Origin: Patescibacteria group bacterium
Lineage (GTDB): Bacteria; Patescibacteriota; Microgenomatia; PFEM01; JAHIFH01
Reading direction: 5' to 3'
Assembly (NCBI GenBank): GCA_035529375.1
Contig: DATKWU010000018.1
Coordinates: 47,956-111,955 of the forward strand
DNA length: 64,000 nucleotides
This document shows, piece by piece, positions 29,055 to 38,367 of the stretch. The position numbers were made by a program, and so were the translations under genes. The notes beneath the pieces were generated by a model that did not search any database, was not told the DNA's origin, and worked only from the letters and a program-made list of their open reading frames with translations. The first letter of the stretch is position 1, and the number at the start of each line of letters is the position of its first letter.

Positions 29055-29197
29055 AAAAATATCTTAACATAGAATATTTTAATTAACAGGATAATGGGCA
29101 ATAAATTTAAATTCGCAACTAAAAAAACCGCAATCCTCCTCTCCAATCTCTTAAGACTCTAGATAGACAATGAAAATGAAAAATAATAGCAATTAAT

Positions 29198-31543
29198 CTA
29201 AGGGGGTATTTCCTGCCAAGTGTAAGAAGGGGTAAAGAGCACTGAAGGAGCAGTCATCAAAAAGTCTGGTCGGTAAACAAATTTCTCTGCTGGTCTTGTT
29301 CTGTTCAAATCCTCTCCTAAATCTCTTGCCAACTCAAAAGACTGAGCCACAAAAACTCCTTCACCCACAAACTGAACATCGTTGCCTTCACCAACTTTAT
29401 CAACCTCAAACTCTTTATCAGTAATAAAGACTCCTTCCACTTGAGTTACTGTTTCCGCTACCTTGATTTTTCCTGAGGCAATAATGGCTAAAAAGCCATT
29501 AACATCAAGATTACTATCAATATTCACCTCATTATCAACTAAGATAACAATTTTTGTTCCCTCAGGAATACTCCAACCATCAACCGTTAAAGCATCAGCA
29601 GTGTAGTAAACTCCAGAATCAGATGGTAAACCACCACCGTAATCTTCTTCAGGTGAACCCAAAAGTTCATAAAAGTAATTGAATCTCTTCCGAGAAAATT
29701 CTGTATTGGCTAACCAGCCTTCCACAGAGACGTTCCCTTCCCCCCAAGGATTATCTCCCAAAGTTTCTTTATGAGAAACCACGCCTGGAGTGCCTCCCTC
29801 ACCCGCTAAACAAAAATTATCATCCTCTCCAGGTAAATCAGAATTAATACTCTCTTGAGAATGAACATCACCTTCTTGAGCCTGAAACCAAGACCCAGCC
29901 GCCTTAGTCAAACCAATATTGATTGTCTTAGTTTCTCCTCCCTCAGTTAACATCACTTGATTAGTCTCATCACCCTCATCATCACAATAAATCGGATCAG
30001 AATACTCTCCAGGAAAAGCAGTCATCATCACTGTATGCAATTGATCTATAGGTACCTCAAAGGAATAATCAGGATCAGGAGTATCTGTACCATAACCGGC
30101 AATTTGAACGGTACCCCCAGAAACGGTTTCCCCTAATTCAGAACAGGAAGATCCTTCAAAAACCGTCCCCTGAATAGTTCCAGTTGGAGCAGGATAAAGA
30201 ATTGAATCGGCACAATAACTCCATTCAGCTGTTTTAAACTTAACTCTTGCCATTACCGAATTTTCGCCAGGATTAAGCGTTAAAGGATAACTGAAATTTC
30301 CACCCTCAGGAATATCCATAACTGACCCCCAGGTAGATCCACTATCAATACTTAATTGAATTTTGCCATCTTCAACCGCTCGAAAGTGCCATATTCCCAC
30401 TTTATGGGTATACATCGCATCATCTACGTAATAAACAAGAGAATTATTAATAACTTCAGCTTCTGCTTCATGGACGTCATCTGTTTTTAGTAAATTAAGC
30501 TCCATATCATAGAGCTCAAAACTATTAACATTACAATCATTTTCAGGATTTTCTTTTTCAGATATCTGGGAGTAAACAAAGAAATATTTCGTTCCTCTAT
30601 CCATCTGAATTGTTCGCTTCCCTGAACTGGTGTAACTAGCGATGATTGCATTTGCCCTTAAGCCATCACTAAGATGCCAACGCATTCCTCGGGAAAAATT
30701 AAGACTACCGTGGCAACCTGTCTTGTTACACATCCTAAAATCAACACTGAAAGTAAAAGATTTGATCACATAACCAGTTGGAGCAGTAACCTTAAGAGCA
30801 GCTCCACACGGTTGTTCGCCGTCACATATTATGTGCTCAGTAAATCTTAACCGACTGTCTCCCGCAAGGTGTCCAAATTTTCCAGGACCACAAGTTAACT
30901 CACAATCATAGCAGGCGTGACTAGAAGGAGCACAAGTAGTTCCAAAAGCAGGATAACAACCGCGACAGGGTTGACCGGCACTTATACAACTCCTTCTTTT
31001 ATACAAACAGCCATTAATTACTTGACCAAACCGGCAAACTTGGTCACCACCTCCTTCTGTGTAGCCATTACCACCCGGTCCAATACCGTAATACTGAAAA
31101 AGATTCCTGAAAGCGTTACCATGATTACCAACATTCCATGTTTCAAGATAGCCCTCATCCCTTAATTGATTGTCACTCTTGCCCTGAATTCGAGGAGCTA
31201 CTTCAATAAAACAGACAGCGTCTCTTTCAGACCCTTTATTATGTACGGCAAAATCATTGGCGAAAAAGGTTTCTTCACCATCAACCGAAAGATTGTAAAC
31301 TTCAACCGGCTCTTGTTTGTATTCAAGTTTAGTGATTTGCTCAGGCACCAAACCCTCTTCTCCCTTAACAAAAACCACATCGCCAATATTTAATTCCTTA
31401 ACCTGAATAAATCCAGCCTCTTTAATCTCCGGTCCAGGAATTTCCACCACCTCTTGCGCATGAATGGTTTTAGAGAAGACGAAGAATAAACTAATTCCTA
31501 ATATCCAATATCCAATATCTCTAACCGAGAGCAGTTTTTTCAT
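29198..31543 (-). CDS. Large secreted Cys-rich protein beginning with a Hint C-terminal (blocks F/G) segment
   Basis: Hydrophobic N-terminus, then GFIQVKELNIGDVVFVKG...VYNLSVDGEETFFANDFAVHN, then ~680 aa of Cys-rich extracellular sequence. Confidence 0.6.
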   Translation of the reverse strand: MKKLLSVRDIGYWILGISLFFVFSKTIHAQEVVEIPGPEIKEAGFIQVKELNIGDVVFVKGEEGLVPEQITKLEYKQEPVEVYNLSVDGEETFFANDFAVHNKGSERDAVCFIEVAPRIQGKSDNQLRDEGYLETWNVGNHGNAFRNLFQYYGIGPGGNGYTEGGGDQVCRFGQVINGCLYKRRSCISAGQPCRGCYPAFGTTCAPSSHACYDCELTCGPGKFGHLAGDSRLRFTEHIICDGEQPCGAALKVTAPTGYVIKSFTFSVDFRMCNKTGCHGSLNFSRGMRWHLSDGLRANAIIASYTSSGKRTIQMDRGTKYFFVYSQISEKENPENDCNVNSFELYDMELNLLKTDDVHEAEAEVINNSLVYYVDDAMYTHKVGIWHFRAVEDGKIQLSIDSGSTWGSVMDIPEGGNFSYPLTLNPGENSVMARVKFKTAEWSYCADSILYPAPTGTIQGTVFEGSSCSELGETVSGGTVQIAGYGTDTPDPDYSFEVPIDQLHTVMMTAFPGEYSDPIYCDDEGDETNQVMLTEGGETKTINIGLTKAAGSWFQAQEGDVHSQESINSDLPGEDDNFCLAGEGGTPGVVSHKETLGDNPWGEGNVSVEGWLANTEFSRKRFNYFYELLGSPEEDYGGGLPSDSGVYYTADALTVDGWSIPEGTKIVILVDNEVNIDSNLDVNGFLAIIASGKIKVAETVTQVEGVFITDKEFEVDKVGEGNDVQFVGEGVFVAQSFELARDLGEDLNRTRPAEKFVYRPDFLMTAPSVLFTPSYTWQEIPP

Positions 31544-31544
31544 C

Positions 31545-32168
31545 TTATTTTAATATTTCACTTACCTTCGCCTGTAAACCAGTAATCAACCGATAAGTCA
31601 GCGTATTTGAAAGAATATCTTTAAATTTATCAAGTGTTGTTTGGAGTTTGGTGCTTGAAGCTTGGTTATTCTCGCCTTTAATGGCGAGGAATGGGTGTTC
31701 TCCCGTCACCTTCACCTTCTTCCCACTTTCAGTTTCCAGCCCATAGTAGCCTTCCCGAATTGTTTTAGTCACATTAGAAACCGTGCCTTCTTTTATTTCC
31801 CCTGTCTCCGGATTAAACGAAGAAACAATCTCACCCGGTTTCAAGTCTTTAATTTGCTTCGTCTCCCCCTTCTGCTCTCCTGCTCTTTCACCCTCCTGTC
31901 CTAAATTAATCTCCGTTTCCCCAGTAAAACAAGGAGCACCACATGAAGAACAGGGGCAACAATATCCATCGGACATTTCGCAACCAACACACAAACAGTC
32001 ACTCCAGGAACAACCATCCCCCATTTGACCCACCTCAATAATGCAACGTCCACATTCACAAGAAATGCGTCCAGTTGAAGTACAAACATCCCCATAAACA
32101 CTTTTTGCCGTAAACATTAGGACACAAACGGTGAATAGCAAAACTAAAATTAAAGTCTTAGTTCTCAT
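31545..32168 (-). CDS. Secreted Cys-rich protein ending in a Hint N-terminal (blocks A/B) segment
   Basis: Signal peptide, ~50-aa Cys-rich module, then CFTGETEI...TGEHPF running to the C-terminus. The stop TAA is followed by G and then the ATG of the next gene. Confidence 0.6.
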   Translation of the reverse strand: MRTKTLILVLLFTVCVLMFTAKSVYGDVCTSTGRISCECGRCIIEVGQMGDGCSWSDCLCVGCEMSDGYCCPCSSCGAPCFTGETEINLGQEGERAGEQKGETKQIKDLKPGEIVSSFNPETGEIKEGTVSNVTKTIREGYYGLETESGKKVKVTGEHPFLAIKGENNQASSTKLQTTLDKFKDILSNTLTYRLITGLQAKVSEILK

Positions 32169-32175
32169 AGCAAAA

Positions 32176-32769
32176 TTACTTTCTTAAAAAACTTAAAAGT
32201 GATAAAAATTCCCCCGTGATTATTCCTGTCTCTCCTAAATTAATTTTATTTACAACAACAAAGTCACCAATATTGATTAACAGGTTTAAATTGTCAACTT
32301 GGAGTCGATGAGAGTCTATAATGATCCCTTTTTCTCGGAGTTCTTTGTCTATAATTTCTTTGCTTTTTGTTATGCTTCTCTCTTCATTCTTACTTAGATT
32401 TAAACCCACTTTATCATCGGAAGTGCTCTTTGGCTCTCTAGTAATATCTGCATATTCAAAATCTTTGTTAATTTCTATTGTAACCTCCTGCCTATTATTT
32501 TCAATTGTCAAAAACCAACCATCAATCTTCGTCACCCAACCCCTGATGGCGATTGGTTCTTTAGTTTCTTTATCGTACAAAAACACTCCCTCTTGGTAAA
32601 CAACTTCAGTATTGATATATTTTGATTCCTCGGCTGTCTTTCTTAAAGTCCAAAGATAATAAAAACCTTCAGCAACTATAATCAAAATTAAAATGAATAA
32701 GATTGGAAGTAAAACCTTAAGTAAACGAGGCAACCCTAATATTTTTTCTCTAATGGCAGGCAGCTGCAT
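32176..32769 (-). CDS. Hypothetical membrane-anchored protein
   Basis: 197 aa with an N-terminal TM helix. Confidence 0.35.
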   Translation of the reverse strand: MQLPAIREKILGLPRLLKVLLPILFILILIIVAEGFYYLWTLRKTAEESKYINTEVVYQEGVFLYDKETKEPIAIRGWVTKIDGWFLTIENNRQEVTIEINKDFEYADITREPKSTSDDKVGLNLSKNEERSITKSKEIIDKELREKGIIIDSHRLQVDNLNLLINIGDFVVVNKINLGETGIITGEFLSLLSFLRK

Positions 32770-32838
32770 TAGTTAAATTTAAACAAATTTACTACTAGAT
32801 GTCAACAACTCGGAAAAAAATTAACAAATCATTCAGCC

Positions 32839-34353
32839 TCAATGATTATATCTCATGTATTCTCCTATAAATTGGGGCCAATATAAATCAACCATCGCCA
32901 TTATCTCATCTTGAGCTCTTTCATCAAATTGAAGTAACTGAGCACTAAAGAGTTCATCCCATGATAAATGATTCCCTCTTACTTCTTCGTAATCATCCGT
33001 CATAAGGCAAGAACCGCTAGCCATCGAGTTAAGCAACCCTTTAAATGCGTCTTTACCTCCCTCTTTCAGGACACCATAAACATAAACAACCGGAATGAGG
33101 CGAACCGAAGGCCCTTCTGGATAGAGAACTTCAAGCCCTTTCTCTCTCAATATTTTTAAAGCAAAATCCTCCACAGCCTCTTGGGTGGCATGAACAAATT
33201 TCGATTCTGGAGTTCTCGTCGCCCAATCAACACCTTCAATACCTGGGGCTCTTTGGGCTTGAGGGAAGGAGTGAATTGCTTCATGGATATATTGGACTAT
33301 GAAATCAGCTGCATATTTATTATAATCCGAAACTGGTTTTGCATAACTATCTCCAAATATCATGACGCTGTTTGGATAACCCAAGCCTGCCCCAACTGTA
33401 CTCCATCCAGGAAGAATCAACGAACTAAGAATTTCCTCTTCCTCCTCAGGTAGTTGAGGAATAACTCCATCACGAAACAAAGCAGGGTTAAGATTGTCTC
33501 TAAACATTTCATTGATAGACCTTGAGATTGGTATAATATCAGAAACCACCTGTTTCATAAATGGACTCCTGATTCGTTCTTCGTGGGAGGCTAATGATAG
33601 GTATAAACCCTCTTCTGTTGGAAAAGGAACCGAATCAATGATCTCCCCACCTCTTCTTTCTCCATTTAAATAGGCATAAATCCAGAAATCCCTAAAAGGC
33701 CCAGTTCCTGGTTCTATGTTGCCTTTTCCTCGATTGACTACCTCAAAGAAATTGATAACTCTCTCATTGAGTCTCGAATCTAGCTCGGGATCAATCCGGT
33801 CCACTAATCCTTTGGGGATAACAAATTCACCCGGCCCGGAAGTCAAAGAAATTCTACATATCGCGTTGATCTCGGGGGACAGGATCTCCGCTTCTCCCCC
33901 CACTCCCGCTCCTTCAGGATTGACAATATTTAGTTGACCACTTCTGATTTCATCCGCGGTAGGGGTGACGACATTTAAAACAACATTTTGTTCTTGATTG
34001 ATTGCTTTAATTGTTGCCTCAAACTCCCCCCCTTCTCTATCTTCTGGAGCAGGAAGAATTCTTGGAGTTGGGCCTGATTCGGAGGCTGAAGAAACACCAA
34101 TACTAGCCGCTCCCTTAATTTGAGCAGCCCCCAGGGCAGCAAGAACGAGACCCGTAGTAACTGCTTGACTTCTCGATATTCGCTTTCTGGGTTCTAATCC
34201 AGTTAACTGTTCCTCAGATCCCAACCCCTGCCTTCTTCTCTCCCTTTCCTCCCTAATTCCTCTACGACTGGCTACCTGACTCTCTCTTAGCGCTTGTTTA
34301 TATAATGGACCGCCGTTAAGCTCGTCGGTTTCTTTGCCCATGTTTTCTTCCAT
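32839..34353 (-). CDS. Membrane-anchored HExxH (putative zincin) protein
   Basis: HEAIH motif near the C-terminal third and a TM anchor around residue 70. The ORF track start at 34374 is a TTG. The ATG at 34353 (MEENMGKE) has a GGGAG SD. Confidence 0.5.
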   Translation of the reverse strand: MEENMGKETDELNGGPLYKQALRESQVASRRGIREERERRRQGLGSEEQLTGLEPRKRISRSQAVTTGLVLAALGAAQIKGAASIGVSSASESGPTPRILPAPEDREGGEFEATIKAINQEQNVVLNVVTPTADEIRSGQLNIVNPEGAGVGGEAEILSPEINAICRISLTSGPGEFVIPKGLVDRIDPELDSRLNERVINFFEVVNRGKGNIEPGTGPFRDFWIYAYLNGERRGGEIIDSVPFPTEEGLYLSLASHEERIRSPFMKQVVSDIIPISRSINEMFRDNLNPALFRDGVIPQLPEEEEEILSSLILPGWSTVGAGLGYPNSVMIFGDSYAKPVSDYNKYAADFIVQYIHEAIHSFPQAQRAPGIEGVDWATRTPESKFVHATQEAVEDFALKILREKGLEVLYPEGPSVRLIPVVYVYGVLKEGGKDAFKGLLNSMASGSCLMTDDYEEVRGNHLSWDELFSAQLLQFDERAQDEIMAMVDLYWPQFIGEYMRYNH

Positions 34354-34453
34354 CTTTCTAAAAATCTCCCGCAATTCGGAGGATGTTAAACTACTTCAAA
34401 ATTCCACGAAAAGATTCAATTTTGGTTTAAAAATCATTTGGGCAATTGAAATT

Positions 34454-34462
34454 ATTATATCA
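34454..34462 (-). promoter_or_regulatory. Extended -10 promoter box TGATATAAT (minus-strand sense) for the 32839..34353 gene
   Basis: Plus-strand ATTATATCA, followed by a conserved ~95-nt 5'-UTR module. Confidence 0.45.
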
Positions 34463-34512
34463 CTCTTATTAGGTGAGGGGAATCTCTAGCCAAGGTGTCC
34501 CTATTCCCATAA

Positions 34513-35214
34513 TTACCTCAATGATTTTTTCTCTCGGAGAATATTATAGTCAATATATCTATTTGCAAATCCATCACAATATATTTCTTTGTCTTCATCT
34601 CCAATTTTGACTCCTTGCAACTTAAGCACCTCGTGGCCTAATTCATGGAGGAGAGTCCACTCTAATCTTTTTATACCAATTAGCTGATTGTATTTTGAAT
34701 AATCTCTTTTACCACTATTTTCCGGCTCTGCTAAAGATGCCGAAACACTTAGCCACCTGGTTTTACCCTCTCCGCTTTCAATCTCTCGAGCTATTCCCAA
34801 AGCAAATTTTCCTTCATTTCTACCACTTTTGATTGGGATTAAATCACGATAGAAGATAAACATTAACGGCATTAGTTCTCTGCAATCAACACCGCTATCT
34901 TCTAAAATTGCCTGTATTGTCTTATCATCAACTGTATAGTCTAGTCCAGGGTCCATACTGAATTCTTTAAAATCGCACAAACTCTCTGGGGTAGGAGGGG
35001 AAATTATTGATTCAGCGCGACCTGGACGGATAGACGACTTGGGGGACAAATTTTCCAAAACCCCATTTCGCTTTAGTAAATATGAGGCTCCTTTTATCAT
35101 CAAGATTCCAGTTGCTGCAGTTCCAACTATTAGAAATTCTCTCCTAGTCAATGGTCTTCTTCTTTTTTCTTGGCGGATTGAAATTGACTCGTTTTTACCT
35201 TGTTCAATTACCAT
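34513..35214 (-). CDS. Tat-signal secreted HExxH (zincin-like) protein
   Basis: Twin-arginine motif (TRREFLIVGTAATGILM) and HELGHE near the C-terminus. GGAGGA SD 10 nt upstream. Confidence 0.55.
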   Translation of the reverse strand: MVIEQGKNESISIRQEKRRRPLTRREFLIVGTAATGILMIKGASYLLKRNGVLENLSPKSSIRPGRAESIISPPTPESLCDFKEFSMDPGLDYTVDDKTIQAILEDSGVDCRELMPLMFIFYRDLIPIKSGRNEGKFALGIAREIESGEGKTRWLSVSASLAEPENSGKRDYSKYNQLIGIKRLEWTLLHELGHEVLKLQGVKIGDEDKEIYCDGFANRYIDYNILREKKSLR

Positions 35215-35312
35215 TATAAAAAATCCTCCGTTTTTCGGATGATATTAAACTACTTTATTTATCTACCAAAAGATTCAATTTTGGTTTAAAAATCATTTTG
35301 ACAACTATGAAA

Positions 35313-35321
35313 ATTATACCA
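35313..35321 (-). promoter_or_regulatory. Extended -10 promoter box TGGTATAAT (minus-strand sense) for the 34513..35214 gene
   Basis: Plus-strand ATTATACCA, followed by the same conserved 5'-UTR module as upstream of the neighbouring gene. Confidence 0.45.
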
Positions 35322-35367
35322 CTTTTTAGCAAGAATTTCAGACTAACAACTCTGGTATACTAAAATT

Positions 35368-36848
35368 ATGAAGTTCAAACAACTAAAATCTCTTTTCCTC
35401 TATCTGACCGCCTTTCTTTGCGGCGTTGCCGGCATGATAGTGGAACTGACCGCCGTTCGTTTAGTCGCCCCTTTTTTCGGCTCATCGATGGAGGTCTGGG
35501 CAACGATTATTGCTTTGGTGATGACTGCCCTCGCCTTAGGCTACTTCTTTGGTGGCCAGCTTTCAAAGAGGATCAAGAAAATAGATTCGGTTGTTTATTT
35601 GATTATTGCTTCTGCCGGCTTGTTAATCAGCTTTTCCTATCTTTTTGTCGAGCCTATTGTTTCTTTTACTTCTCTCTCCTTACAATTAGCCAAGTTTTCC
35701 CTTTCTTTCAAAACCTTTTTAGTCGTCCTTTCTCTTTTCTTTCTGCCTGTTTTTCTTCTCGGCTCAATCTATCCCTTAATTATTGCCAGCTTTAAAAGTA
35801 AGAAATCAGGCCAGGCCGCGGGCCTTATTTTTGCTATTTCCACTGCCGGCAGCATCCTCGGCACTCTTCTTCCTTCTTTTGTTCTTATTCCCTTAATCGG
35901 CACTAAATTAACTTTTTTCTTAACCGGTATTGCTTTGGAAATCATTGCCTTAATTGGTCTACCCAAATTCCAGAAAATTATCCCGGCCTTAATTTTAATC
36001 ATCCTCCTTTTTAACTTTCCCAAATCCCAAAAGCTTTCATTTTCACCAAATAATGAGGTTATTTATCAAACCGAATCTCTTTATCAAGAAATCAAGGTTA
36101 TCAAAAGGGGAAAGATTTATCTTCTTTCCTTAGGTCCAAATAGTTTTATCAGCTCTTCTTATTCGCCTTATTCCTATTTAACCGATGGATGCTTTGATTA
36201 TTTCAACCTTTTGCCTTTGTTGAGAAACGACAAAAACCTAGACGTTCTTATCATTGGCTTAGGTGCTGGTACTATTTCTCGCCAGTACCAGCATTTCTTT
36301 TCTAATCAATATGATCTCAAAATCGATGGGGTGGAAATTGATCCTGAAGTAATCAAGGTGGGCAAAAAATATTTTGAATTAGAGCAACCTAGCTTAACCA
36401 TCTATCAAATGGATGGCCGGGCTTTTCTTAATCAAACTGAAAAAAAATATAACGTTATCATTGTCGACGCCTATGCCCGCCAAACCTATATTCCTTTTCA
36501 TTTAGCCACTGAATAGTTTTTTCAGGAAGCTAAAAATCATCTTCAAGAAAAAGGTATCCTTGCCTTTAATATTGCCACTTCTTCCCAGAACAGCTTCCGT
36601 TTTCAAACAATCAGTCAAACAGTAAAATCGGTTTTCAACTACACTTATTCTTTTTCAGTTGATAATGGTAATAGCTTAATTTTTGCTAGTAATGAATCTA
36701 TAAAGCCACTAAAGAATATTAATTTAGAGGAAGTTCCTGATGAGCTAAAAGCATTAATCCAAAATCTGACTCTTCAATTCTTAAAACCGACTAATCTTGA
36801 TAAGCCAAATTTAATCCTCAAAGACGACACTGCTCCAACAAGACTTTA
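35368..36848 (+). pseudogene. Membrane-bound spermidine synthase-like protein (polyamine aminopropyltransferase fused to N-terminal polytopic membrane domain) interrupted by a single in-frame TAG at 36514-36516
   Basis: About 7 TM helices, then a PABS domain (VLIIGLGAGT, IDPEV, DGRAFL, VIIVD, HLATE-stop-FFQEAK..ASNES) that continues in the same frame for 110 more codons to TAA at 36846-36848. Confidence 0.6.
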
Positions 36849-36896
36849 ATTGTTTTTTAATTATTGGGATTTTTTTAATTTCTTCTGAATTTCTTT

Positions 36897-37946
36897 CTAC
36901 CTTAAACCACCCGTCACTCTAACCTTTTTTAATAAAGATTCATCTTCCAAAACCTTACCACAACCTCTAACCACGGCATTCATCGGATTATCGGCCAACC
37001 AAACAGGCATCTTGGTTTCCTCGGCAATTAATTTATCTAAACCCACCAATTGAGAGCCACCGCCACATAAAGTAATCCCCCGAGCAATAATATCGGCCAC
37101 CAACTCTGGGGGTGTTTCTTCAATCACTTCCGAAATCTGATCAACAATCTGACGAACGACTGGTGAAATCGCTTCCCTAATCTCTTCTGAACCAATTTTC
37201 AAAGATTTAGGCAAACCTGTTTCCAAACCCCGACCTCGAACAATCATCTCCCGAATTCTTTCTCGAGAGTAAGCTGAACCAAGTTGAATTTTAATCTCCT
37301 CAGCCGTGGCTTCACCTAGAAGAAGAGAATATTTTAATCTCATGTAAGTGATAACCGCTTCATCCATTTCATCGCCAGCAATCCGCAAACAACGCTCAAT
37401 CACAATTCCCCCAAGAGAGATAACCGCAATTTCCGTGGTGCCCCCACCAATGTCCACTAAAAGAGCGCCTTCTGGCTTTTCAATTGGCAAACCAATCCCA
37501 ATCGCCGCCGCCATTGGTTCTTCAATCAAATAAGCTTTTCTTGCTCCTGCACTTAAAGCCGCATCCTGAACCGCCTTTCTTTCGACTTCGGTTACGCCTG
37601 AAGGAATACCAATGACCATTCTTGGCTTAGGAATTCTGGGAAAAAGAGGTCCTGACTGATGAATTTCCTCAATGTATTTCTTAAGTATCGCCTCGGCAGC
37701 ATCGAAATCAGCAATCACCCCATCCTTTAAAGGCCGAATCGTCTCAATCATTTCCGGTGTCTTGCCAATCATTTTCTTGGCTTGACTGCCAATCGCCAAA
37801 ATCTCTTTGGTTTTTTTATGGCGGGCAACCACCGACGGTTCCCGAATGACAATTCCCTTTTCCTTAACCCAAACCAGAGTATTGGAAGTGCCTAAATCAA
37901 TGCCGACATCATGAGAGATTAGACTAAAAAGAGAGTCAAATATCAT
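36897..37946 (-). CDS. mreB: Rod shape-determining protein MreB
   Basis: Actin-fold motifs (GIDLGTSNT, LVDIGGGTTE). Confidence 0.9.
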   Translation of the reverse strand: MIFDSLFSLISHDVGIDLGTSNTLVWVKEKGIVIREPSVVARHKKTKEILAIGSQAKKMIGKTPEMIETIRPLKDGVIADFDAAEAILKKYIEEIHQSGPLFPRIPKPRMVIGIPSGVTEVERKAVQDAALSAGARKAYLIEEPMAAAIGIGLPIEKPEGALLVDIGGGTTEIAVISLGGIVIERCLRIAGDEMDEAVITYMRLKYSLLLGEATAEEIKIQLGSAYSRERIREMIVRGRGLETGLPKSLKIGSEEIREAISPVVRQIVDQISEVIEETPPELVADIIARGITLCGGGSQLVGLDKLIAEETKMPVWLADNPMNAVVRGCGKVLEDESLLKKVRVTGGLR

Positions 37947-38004
37947 TTAAAAAAATAATCTTAAAGAAGCCATTAAATAATGGGCTTAGTATAACACAAA
38001 TTCT

Positions 38005-38337
38005 TTAATCTGAGGAAGGAATTTTTAAACGAACTCGCTGACCATCATGAGAAACCCAAGTCCCAGGCGGTAAATCTTCAAGGGTCCTTAAATCCAAACA
38101 AAAACCTGGTTCCCTTGATAAACGGAGTGAACCCCAACCACCGCTTGGACCGTAAACCCAAACCGAATTAGCTTCCTCCCAATTATTAAAATCAACTTCA
38201 TCATATCGCTTGGCTTCGTCTTCAGTCATAAAATGCCAAACATTCCAAGACCGGAAAAAACCTTTTGGTTCTGGTATCGGCTCTCGCTCCCTTAGATTCA
38301 TGAGGGGAATAATAACAAAGAGTTTGTTCCTACGCAA
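38005..38337 (-). CDS. Hypothetical protein
   Basis: 110-aa ORF with no motifs. Confidence 0.3.
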   Translation of the reverse strand: MRRNKLFVIIPLMNLREREPIPEPKGFFRSWNVWHFMTEDEAKRYDEVDFNNWEEANSVWVYGPSGGWGSLRLSREPGFCLDLRTLEDLPPGTWVSHDGQRVRLKIPSSD

Positions 38338-38367
38338 GAAATTTGTTAAACTAAGTTAAGGTCAGGA

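Noticed and set aside
31530-31560. Single-nucleotide frameshift fusing the two Hint-half genes into one ORF
   Set aside because: The second gene's frame has an in-frame TAA two codons upstream of its ATG, and the first gene's frame hits TAA directly. No single indel near the junction (including the A6 run after the ATG) joins them. They are treated as two ORFs, pending read-level confirmation.
36514-36516. Possible amber (TAG) stop-codon reassignment suggested by the in-frame TAG in the spermidine-synthase-like gene
   Set aside because: TAG ends at least two other well-supported genes in the window (45706..46575 and 54990..55508). Long ORFs are intact under the standard code. A single-gene nonsense event or error is more parsimonious.
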